DNA of 57,011 bases from sequence record MW602648.1; one strand, given 5' to 3'. The position numbers were made by a program, and so were the translations under genes. The notes beneath the pieces were generated by a model. That model worked only from the letters and a program-made list of their open reading frames with translations. It made no database searches and was not told the DNA's origin. The DNA is from Escherichia phage vB_EcoM_fHy-Eco03. This document shows, piece by piece, positions 7,400-15,176 of this stretch (its first letter is position 1; each line of letters begins with the position of its first letter).

Positions 7400-8840
7400 T
7401 TTTGACCTGCACGACAGGCAAGGTGAAGCCCTGCTGTCCCAGGCCACCGAGATTCTTTATGGTGGTGCAGCAGGCGGGGGCAAATCCCACTTGATGCGCA
7501 TTATGGCTATCATTCTTTGCTGTATGATACCTCGTTTACAGATTTACTTGTTTCGCCGTAACTTTAATGACCTGACAGCTAACCATATGGTTGGTCCGTC
7601 AGGTTTTCCTGCATTGCTTGACCATATGGTTAAAGCTGGTAAATGCAAGATTAACTACTCCAGTAACGTGATTAAGTTCTGGAATGGTTCGCACATTAAC
7701 TTGTGTCACCTACAATACGAGAAAGATATATACACCTACCAGGGTGCTGAGATTCACGTTCTGTTAATGGATGAGCTTACTCACTTTACAGAAACGATGT
7801 ATCGATTCCTCCGTAACCGTGTTCGTTTAGGTGCGCTAAAGATTCCAAAGGACTTCTTCCGGCCGCTACCACTCATCTTTTGTGGGTCAAACCCCGGTGG
7901 TATCGGGCACAACTGGGTTAAGCGTACTTTCGTAACAGCTGCACCTCCTATGCACATGGTTAAACAACCTAAGCGTGAAGGTGGTATGATTCGCCAGTAC
8001 ATTCCGGCAAAAATGTCTGATAACCCAACCCTGATGGAAAACGACCCGGACTACGGTGACCGACTCGAAGGTCTGGGTGACCCGGCACTGGTTGCTGCAA
8101 TGAAAGAAGGCGACTGGGATATTGTTGCTGGTGGTGCGCTGGATGACGTGTGGAGTAACAAGTCAGTTATACCACGAATGAAAGTTCCTAAAGGCTGGAC
8201 AATTGAACGTTCAATGGACTGGGGCTCAACGCATCCATTCTCTATTGGTTGGTGGGCCATTTCAAATGGTGCTCCTCTGGTAGATGAGAAGACTGGCGAA
8301 GAGTATCACCTTCCAAACGGCTCATTAATCCGTATAGCTGAATGGTACGGGTGCAAGGAAAACGAAGCTAACACCGGTTTGAAATTGTCTGCAGGTGAAG
8401 TAGCTGACGGTATTCTTGAGATTGAAGAAAACTTGCTACTTGGCGGTTGGATTCATGACAAGCCTTGGCCTGGCCCGGCAGACGGACAGATTTATGCCGT
8501 TAAAGAGCGTGACGTAGAGACCATCGCTAAAAAGATGGAAGACAAAGGTGTGCACTGGGTGCGTGCCGACAAGTCACAGGGCTCAAGAATAAATGGCCTG
8601 GAGCTATTCCGTCAGCGACTGAAAAATGTTAAGATGGATAACTATGAAGAACCAGGCATTTACTTTATGGAAAACTGTACAGCTGCCATAAACACATTGC
8701 CAGTTATTCCGCGTGATAAAAACAACAGCGAAGACGTTGACACACATTCTGAAGACCACGTATATGACGATTGTAGGTACATGGTTCTGCGAGGTGTGAA
8801 TCGTTACGCTACATCATTGAACGTTAAGATGGGACGGTAA
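7389..8840 (+). CDS. Terminase large subunit
   Basis: Walker A YGGAAGGGKSH and Walker B VLLMDELTHF; 483 aa; followed by the portal gene. Confidence 0.85.
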   Translation: MNLDFDLHDRQGEALLSQATEILYGGAAGGGKSHLMRIMAIILCCMIPRLQIYLFRRNFNDLTANHMVGPSGFPALLDHMVKAGKCKINYSSNVIKFWNGSHINLCHLQYEKDIYTYQGAEIHVLLMDELTHFTETMYRFLRNRVRLGALKIPKDFFRPLPLIFCGSNPGGIGHNWVKRTFVTAAPPMHMVKQPKREGGMIRQYIPAKMSDNPTLMENDPDYGDRLEGLGDPALVAAMKEGDWDIVAGGALDDVWSNKSVIPRMKVPKGWTIERSMDWGSTHPFSIGWWAISNGAPLVDEKTGEEYHLPNGSLIRIAEWYGCKENEANTGLKLSAGEVADGILEIEENLLLGGWIHDKPWPGPADGQIYAVKERDVETIAKKMEDKGVHWVRADKSQGSRINGLELFRQRLKNVKMDNYEEPGIYFMENCTAAINTLPVIPRDKNNSEDVDTHSEDHVYDDCRYMVLRGVNRYATSLNVKMGR

Positions 8841-8841
8841 A

Positions 8842-10389
8842 ATGACAATTAGTCCAAGCACTCCCAATGTAGCATATCAGCGTCCTGAGCTTGTCAAGAA
8901 TGCTGGTAAGTATACACTAATTAAGGACTGCATCGAAGGTCAGGAAGCGATTAAGCAGAAAGGTGATATTTATCTGCCGCGTCCTGACCCGACGAACTGC
9001 ACGGAAGAAAACCTTGCACGATACGAGTCGTATAAACGTCGTGCAGTGTTCTACAACATTATTGCACGTACGTTGTCTGGTATGACAGGCCTGGTATTCC
9101 AACAGGAACCAGATATGTTAATGCCTGACGATATGAGTGTACTGAAAGTTAACATCGATGGTGCAGGTGTTGGCGCTGTACAACAGATGCGTAAAACCTT
9201 CAAAACTGTTCTGGCATTCGGTCGAGCTGGTATTCTGACTGACTTCCCGCCGGCTAAAGAAGACGGTTCAGGTTTTACACGTGCCGAAGTAATGAACGGT
9301 GAAGTGCAACCCACAATCACGATGTTCATGCCTTGGCAGGTTATTAACTGGCGCCAGGAATACCGTGAAGGTAAAGTAACACTGACCCAGGTTGTTATCT
9401 GTGAACAGATTCCAGGCGCGACAGATGGCTTCCAGCAGGATTATACTCCTGTATGGCGTCAACTGTACCTGGATGATGAAGGCAATTGCCGTCAGACAAT
9501 CTGGATTAACGAAGGTGACAAAAACGCCAAGGACACATACGGTGGTGCGCTGTACGTTCGCCAGCAAGACTACCAGATGTCTGACTCCAAAGGTCAGCCG
9601 CTGAAGTTCATCCCGTTCACCTTTGTGGGGTCAGAAACAAACAACCCGGATATTGACCCGGCGCCAATGTACGACCTGGCAGTCCTGAACATTGCGCACT
9701 ACCGTAACTCAGCAGACTACGAAGAATCATGTTTCGTAACTGGTCAGCCTACTGTCTGGGCGTCTGGCCTTACTGAAGCGTGGATTAAAGACGTGTTAGG
9801 TGGTCAGGTTCGTCTCGGTTCTTACGGTGGTATTCCGTTGCCGCCAAACGCAGCCGTTGGCATGATTCAGACTAACCCTAACACTCAACCATTCGAAGCT
9901 ATGAAGCAGAAAGAAGCACAGATGATTGCAATCGGTGCTCGTCTGATTCGCGAGAATGGTAGTGTTGAACGACGTGAAGTTGAAATTAAGAACGAAGCAG
10001 CATCTGAAGCATCTTTGATTGTTACAGTTGCTCAGAACGTTGAAGCTGCTTACCGTAAAGCACTTGAGTGGTGTGGTTTGTTCTACGGTCACAGCAAAGA
10101 AAGCATTACGCTGTCGCTGAGTTACAACTTCATCTATAGTCAGATGACTTATCAGGAACGCCAACAGCTGGTTAACGAATGGCTTAGCGGTGCAATTTCG
10201 TTTACTGAATTGCGTACTAACCTTAAACAGGCAGGTATTGCACGACAGACTAACGAAGAAGCCAAGTCAGAAATTGATAATGAAATGGCTGAACGCGATG
10301 CCAGAGAAGTCGCCAAACAAGCTGAACTGGCTAAGCAAAACGAGCCGTCAAATAACACCAATACTGACCCGGAAAAAAATTCCGAATAA
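8842..10389 (+). CDS. Portal protein
   Basis: 515-aa ORF directly after the large terminase; acidic C-terminal tail; conserved gene order. Confidence 0.65.
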   Translation: MTISPSTPNVAYQRPELVKNAGKYTLIKDCIEGQEAIKQKGDIYLPRPDPTNCTEENLARYESYKRRAVFYNIIARTLSGMTGLVFQQEPDMLMPDDMSVLKVNIDGAGVGAVQQMRKTFKTVLAFGRAGILTDFPPAKEDGSGFTRAEVMNGEVQPTITMFMPWQVINWRQEYREGKVTLTQVVICEQIPGATDGFQQDYTPVWRQLYLDDEGNCRQTIWINEGDKNAKDTYGGALYVRQQDYQMSDSKGQPLKFIPFTFVGSETNNPDIDPAPMYDLAVLNIAHYRNSADYEESCFVTGQPTVWASGLTEAWIKDVLGGQVRLGSYGGIPLPPNAAVGMIQTNPNTQPFEAMKQKEAQMIAIGARLIRENGSVERREVEIKNEAASEASLIVTVAQNVEAAYRKALEWCGLFYGHSKESITLSLSYNFIYSQMTYQERQQLVNEWLSGAISFTELRTNLKQAGIARQTNEEAKSEIDNEMAERDAREVAKQAELAKQNEPSNNTNTDPEKNSE

Positions 10390-10393
10390 AGTA

Positions 10394-10422
10394 TTTACAT
10401 TCTGTTCCACTGGTTATATAAT
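10394..10422 (+). promoter_or_regulatory. Sigma70-like promoter (TTTACA-N17-TATAAT) upstream of scaffold and capsid genes
   Basis: TTTACA 10394..10399, 17-bp spacer, TATAAT 10417..10422; followed by a long GC-rich inverted repeat at 10435..10498. Confidence 0.45.
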
Positions 10423-10565
10423 CTGGAACGTTGACCGCGCAAAAGGCCGGCCACTCGAGTCTGCAGGGCTCAGTGGATTACAGGGGCCGGCTGCGCGGTT
10501 GACGCCAACCCTGTTTAGAGCCCAGTTGAGCGGATTGAGCCCCTCTCATATAGGATTGAAAAATT

Positions 10566-11282
10566 ATGGCACTGAAAACGATTGTAGAATCACTCGACGA
10601 TATTGATGAAAGCTTTCACGGTCTGTATGTAAAAGACGACAGCGCGGGAGTTTACAAACTCGACGTTGAGCCGGATGAGCGCACAGCTAAAGAGCTGGAA
10701 GAACTGCGCAAAGAGAAGCAGCGTATGGAAGCCCATACCAAAAAGCTTCTTGAAGAAAAGAAAAAAGAAGCCGAGCGTGCTCGCCTTGCTGAAGAAGAGC
10801 GTGCGCGTCGTGAACGTGATGTTGAGTCGCTTGAGCGCTCCATCAAAGAAAAACACCAGGCTGAACTGGAAAATTATTCAGCGCGTACTGCTGCACTACA
10901 GGCGCAGCTGGAAGCGCAGATGGTTGATAACCTGGCGCTGAACCTGGCAAACCAACTCAGTGACACCCCTGCACTGATTATGCCACACATCAAGGCCCGA
11001 CTGCGCGCTCAGGAAATTGATGGTCGCTGGCGTACCAGTGTTGTTGATGTCATGGGTAACCCTACGGCTACAACACCTGATGAGTTAGTGGAACAAATGC
11101 GTGGTGACAAGCAGTTTGCTCCACTTGTACGTGGAACCCGTGCTGGCGGTGGCGGTGCTAACGGCGGCAATGCTAACCCTGGTGGGGAAGGCGGCGGTGG
11201 ACACGAACAGCCTAAATTCAATGGTGATGACCGTGTGGCACGTGCTCGTGCTAAAATCCAAAATACCAACTGGAATAAATAA
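10566..11282 (+). CDS. Scaffolding protein
   Basis: 238 aa, charged coiled-coil segment (KELEELRKEKQRMEAHTKKLLEEKKKEAERARLAEEERARRER), Gly-rich C-terminus; sits between portal and major capsid genes. Confidence 0.55.
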   Translation: MALKTIVESLDDIDESFHGLYVKDDSAGVYKLDVEPDERTAKELEELRKEKQRMEAHTKKLLEEKKKEAERARLAEEERARRERDVESLERSIKEKHQAELENYSARTAALQAQLEAQMVDNLALNLANQLSDTPALIMPHIKARLRAQEIDGRWRTSVVDVMGNPTATTPDELVEQMRGDKQFAPLVRGTRAGGGGANGGNANPGGEGGGGHEQPKFNGDDRVARARAKIQNTNWNK

Positions 11283-11284
11283 TC

Positions 11285-12253
11285 ATGACTTTATACGTAT
11301 TTAACGAACAAGTACGGTCCACCGCCACCGAACTGGTTGACCAGGACGTCCAGAAATTCAACGAAGCTTCAGCCGGTACCCTTATCCTGGGTAACCAGTA
11401 TGTAATCGGCGATTACGTTGAGCAGGCAATGTGGCAGCTGGTTGACGGCATCGCACAGCGCCGTAACGCATACGGCGGTACTACTGCTGTTGACGCCCAG
11501 ACGCTCGGCCAGATTCTGGACCGCTCTGTTAAAATCGACGGCCGTGTTGGTCCTCTGAACATCACCGGCACCATGATGCGTCGTATCGGTGCAGGTGACA
11601 CTGAACCTGCAGCTGTTGTTGCTGCGCAGGCTTCTGCTGCAATGTTCCAGGACTACCTGAACACCACCGCTGCTTGTCTGGTAGCTGCTATCGGCGGTAA
11701 CGCTAAAGTGGTTAAAGACGTTTCCGGCGAAACTGGTGATGCTGCTAACATCAGCATGCAGGGTCTGAACAAAGCTAACGCCCTGATGGGTGACCGCTCT
11801 CAGCAGATTCGTGCGTACATCATGCACTCTATGGCGTTCCACTCACTGGTTGACCAGGCGATTAACAACGCCGAGCGTCTGTTCTCCATCGGTGACCTGA
11901 CCGTGTACCGCGACTTCCTGGGTCGTCGTTACGTCGTCTCCGATATTCCTGCACTTGTGGGCGAAGAAGGCGCATACAAAACTCTGGGTCTGACTCCGTC
12001 AGCTGCTATCGTTCAGGTCGGCGGTCTGTACGATATGGTTACCTCCGAAAAAACCGGTGGTGAAAACATCCTGCGTCAGATGCAGGGTGAATACGACTTC
12101 AACGTGTCTCTGAAAGGTTACAGCTGGGTCGGTCAGAAAACTGGTCAGTCTCCGACTGATGCTGAGCTGGCTGCTAATGCTTCCTGGCAGAAAGTTGCTA
12201 CCTCTGACAAAGACACCGCGGGCGTTATGCTGCTGGCTAAGTCTGTAATCTAA
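11285..12253 (+). CDS. Major capsid protein
   Basis: 322-aa ORF after the scaffold gene; codon usage typical of a highly expressed gene; followed by a strong terminator. Confidence 0.65.
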   Translation: MTLYVFNEQVRSTATELVDQDVQKFNEASAGTLILGNQYVIGDYVEQAMWQLVDGIAQRRNAYGGTTAVDAQTLGQILDRSVKIDGRVGPLNITGTMMRRIGAGDTEPAAVVAAQASAAMFQDYLNTTAACLVAAIGGNAKVVKDVSGETGDAANISMQGLNKANALMGDRSQQIRAYIMHSMAFHSLVDQAINNAERLFSIGDLTVYRDFLGRRYVVSDIPALVGEEGAYKTLGLTPSAAIVQVGGLYDMVTSEKTGGENILRQMQGEYDFNVSLKGYSWVGQKTGQSPTDAELAANASWQKVATSDKDTAGVMLLAKSVI

Positions 12254-12272
12254 CGGTTACACTATCCAAACA

Positions 12273-12304
12273 AAAGCTGCATCTGACGAGATGCAGCTTT
12301 TTTA
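12273..12304 (+). terminator. Rho-independent terminator after the major capsid gene
   Basis: Perfect 11-bp stem AAAGCTGCATC / GATGCAGCTTT with a 6-nt loop, followed by a T-run. Confidence 0.8.
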
Positions 12305-12325
12305 TACAAAAAGAAAGGGTGCATT

Positions 12326-12694
12326 ATGGGTGGCGCAAGAATCAAACCAGAACCTTCACACATTCGCGGAATATGTATTACAGAAGGTTGTATTAACCCT
12401 CAAGTACGCAGGGATAAAAATAATTATAGAGCACATTGTGCTTCTTGCCACAACAAACGTCATAACATAGGTCCATCGCGATTTAAATATAGAAAGTTTA
12501 AAAAAGATGTTTGTGAAGAATGCGGATTTGTACCAGTACATCCATGTCAGTTAGATGTTGACCACGTAGATGGTAACCATAAAAACGATGACCCTTCTAA
12601 TTTGCGTACTCTTTGCGCTAACTGCCATAGACTCAAAACATACCTTAACAGGGACTGTGTCTCTAACTCTTCAGGTTTACTTGTACAAAATTAG
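12326..12694 (+). CDS. HNH endonuclease
   Basis: Cys-rich N-terminus (CASCHNKRH) and HNH core DVDHVDGNHKNDDPSNLRTLCANCH; free-standing gene inside the structural operon. Confidence 0.7.
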   Translation: MGGARIKPEPSHIRGICITEGCINPQVRRDKNNYRAHCASCHNKRHNIGPSRFKYRKFKKDVCEECGFVPVHPCQLDVDHVDGNHKNDDPSNLRTLCANCHRLKTYLNRDCVSNSSGLLVQN

Positions 12695-12729
12695 AGTGTA
12701 TAATCGGACTAAACAGCTGGAGACAGACT

Positions 12730-13224
12730 ATGGCTTTTGAACTCATTGTTGAAGACGGTAGCATTGTGCCAGGTGCCAACAGCTACGCTAGTAAAGAGCA
12801 GATTGATGACTTCCTGGAAAACGAAGGCATTGTACCACCCACAAACGTTTATTACATGGCTTCCAAAGCTGCTTACCGACTCGACGGTAAATACTCATGG
12901 CTCGGTCGCAAGGTAAGCAAGATTCAGCCTATGCAATGGCCTCGTACTGGACTTGGTCCTTGCAATATCGATATTGCGATGAATGTTATTCCGCCGCAGC
13001 TAATCCGAGCTCAACTGTACTTCCTTGCTGATATGCTTAGCAACGAAACAGAAGAAGGTGTGCGCGGTGACCAGGCTTTGCGTCGTAAGAAAGTTGGTAA
13101 CCTGGAGATTGAATTCTTCGATTCAAAATCTGGTGTAACTGGTAGCTCTAGCGACTGGATTACAGATGCGCGAGAGCTGGTTGCTGATTTAATCGGCGCA
13201 ATGTTCAAAACTCGTCGGGTGTAG
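12730..13224 (+). CDS. Putative head-tail adaptor protein
   Basis: 164-aa ORF after the capsid gene. Called by position and size. Confidence 0.4.
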   Translation: MAFELIVEDGSIVPGANSYASKEQIDDFLENEGIVPPTNVYYMASKAAYRLDGKYSWLGRKVSKIQPMQWPRTGLGPCNIDIAMNVIPPQLIRAQLYFLADMLSNETEEGVRGDQALRRKKVGNLEIEFFDSKSGVTGSSSDWITDARELVADLIGAMFKTRRV

Positions 13225-13225
13225 T

Positions 13226-13693
13226 ATGTACAAGATTCGCTTTGAGCGTCGCAATAAGGAGAAGTTCGACTTTACTTATCGTGCTTACAAATCCTTTAAC
13301 GGTCAGGGCGTATCTGTTGGTATACATCCTGACAAGAATAAACGGAAAGAAGGCGGCATAACAAACACCCAAGTTGCTATTATTCACGAGTACGGTGATA
13401 AGCATAACCCTGAACGTAGCTTTGTACGTCGTACACTTGCAAGACGCGCACCCGCGCGCCTCAAGATTAATGATATGTTTCGGTCAGGTGTTCCTGATGT
13501 ATTGAGCGGTAAGACGACAGCTCGCCAGCTTAATGCAGATATAGGGCAGATGATGGTTAGCGAAATTCGTAAGACCATAGATTCTGATGTTCCGCCTCCT
13601 AATAAACCTTCTACCGTTAAGCGTAAAGGTCACGGACTTACTCTTCGTGAGACCTGGCAGATGTATAACGCTATTGACTATAAGGTAAAGTAA
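13226..13693 (+). CDS. Putative head closure or neck protein
   Basis: 155-aa ORF in the neck module. Called by position and size. Confidence 0.4.
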   Translation: MYKIRFERRNKEKFDFTYRAYKSFNGQGVSVGIHPDKNKRKEGGITNTQVAIIHEYGDKHNPERSFVRRTLARRAPARLKINDMFRSGVPDVLSGKTTARQLNADIGQMMVSEIRKTIDSDVPPPNKPSTVKRKGHGLTLRETWQMYNAIDYKVK

Positions 13694-13694
13694 C

Positions 13695-14096
13695 ATGGGC
13701 CTGTTGAAGATTACTTCATTGCTGAAGAGTAAGACCTTTGTAAAAGATGTACCTGTTCTTATTCGTAAGCAAGGACGAGAAGCTAATGGCGACCTGATTG
13801 ATAACTACGACCAGACAACCTACAAGGCTAACGTCCAACCTGGTGCAGCTACTAACGCACCAAACCTGCTGCCAAAAGATGAGGGTGAACGTGAGCAACC
13901 TCGCATATCTGTTTACTCATTATCTCCGCTTAAACTCGGTGACTTTGTAATGTACACCGACGAAGGCGAAACTACTGGCGAATGGTATCGAGTATTCCGT
14001 ATTGAACCTTGGAGTCGTCATGGACACTATTACGTTACTGCAGTTCGACATATTGGACCTCAGGGAGCTCGTTCGCCGGCTTTTACAATTACCTGA
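13695..14096 (+). CDS. Putative neck or tail-completion protein
   Basis: 133-aa ORF. Called by position. Confidence 0.35.
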   Translation: MGLLKITSLLKSKTFVKDVPVLIRKQGREANGDLIDNYDQTTYKANVQPGAATNAPNLLPKDEGEREQPRISVYSLSPLKLGDFVMYTDEGETTGEWYRVFRIEPWSRHGHYYVTAVRHIGPQGARSPAFTIT

Positions 14097-14553
14097 TGGC
14101 GCGTGTATTATTGGCGAAGAGTCTGGTACAGTTGATGGTCAGCCGTTTGTATTCCTGAAGGAGATGGACGATGGTGACTTTGGTCCACCTCGTACAGTAC
14201 AGAACGACGACGATACAGAAACTGTAACACAACCAAAAATTGTAGATGTTGATATTGAAGCTGTTGGTCCCAAAGCTTCTGTACTTATGAGAAAGCTGCA
14301 TGTACTGTTAAAGAGTTCACCAGCTAAAGAATGGTGTAGAACACATCATTTCAGCATCAACCGTGTTAAGCGTCCATTCAACGTTGGTGGTTTAATGGGT
14401 GCTGGTTTTGAACAACGTTACCGTCTTACGGCTGAAGTAACGTACGTACACAAGGTTAAAATCACGCAGGCTTATATTCGTGACGTGGATATTACTGTGT
14501 ACAATGATAAGCACAAAGAAGACGTCAGACACATATCAGTTAAAACGGAGTAA
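14002..14553 (+). CDS. Putative tail-completion protein (start uncertain)
   Basis: ORF overlaps the upstream gene; the true start is probably internal or non-ATG. Confidence 0.35.
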   Translation: MNLGVVMDTITLLQFDILDLRELVRRLLQLPDGACIIGEESGTVDGQPFVFLKEMDDGDFGPPRTVQNDDDTETVTQPKIVDVDIEAVGPKASVLMRKLHVLLKSSPAKEWCRTHHFSINRVKRPFNVGGLMGAGFEQRYRLTAEVTYVHKVKITQAYIRDVDITVYNDKHKEDVRHISVKTE

Positions 14554-14555
14554 TC

Positions 14556-15176
14556 ATGGCCACTGGTGATGAAGAGATTCAAGCGCAGCTAGAGAAGTTA
14601 ACAACTGCCGTGCAGATTGTCCATGACTTCGGACAGTCAAGTGCGGAATCAATTGACAACCCTGAAGGCGGAGTAATCCGTACGATTGAGGGTATCAACA
14701 AGGCAATTGACGATGCCCTACCTAACTATGCAGATGCTGGAGCGGCAGCTACAGCTGCGAAGAATGCACGTGACGAAGCTAAGCAAGCACAAGCAGCAGC
14801 AGAAGCGGCTGCAGCAAATGCAGGTGGCGTTGTTGCGTCAGCAATCTATAAAGTGAAAACGTATCCCGGCGCTGCTACCATAGCGATTACACCTATGGAT
14901 GCAACTATCCACAAGGTAAACCTGAACCGCGCCAACACGACTCTTTCTGTGGGTTCTACGTCTGATGCAGCTGGTATGGCCCGTCAGATTACCCTGCAGT
15001 TGATTCAGCAAACAGGGTCAAGTAAAGTAACGTGGCCAAGCAACATTAAGTGGTCTCGTCAGCGAGTACCTGTGCTGTCGTTCACGACTGGTTATTCTGA
15101 CTTTGTAACGCTTGTGACAACTGACGCTGGCGCTACCTGGATTGGCTTCTTTAATGACGGATGGGTAAATGCATAA
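14556..15176 (+). CDS. Hypothetical virion protein (206 aa)
   Basis: Ala-rich segment; in the structural operon. Confidence 0.35.
   Translation: MATGDEEIQAQLEKLTTAVQIVHDFGQSSAESIDNPEGGVIRTIEGINKAIDDALPNYADAGAAATAAKNARDEAKQAQAAAEAAAANAGGVVASAIYKVKTYPGAATIAITPMDATIHKVNLNRANTTLSVGSTSDAAGMARQITLQLIQQTGSSKVTWPSNIKWSRQRVPVLSFTTGYSDFVTLVTTDAGATWIGFFNDGWVNA

Noticed and set aside
10190-10606. Plus-strand ORF (138 aa) spanning the portal 3' end and the portal-scaffold gap
   Set aside because: It overlaps the portal gene out of frame and runs through the promoter and inverted-repeat region; the gap is better explained as regulatory DNA.
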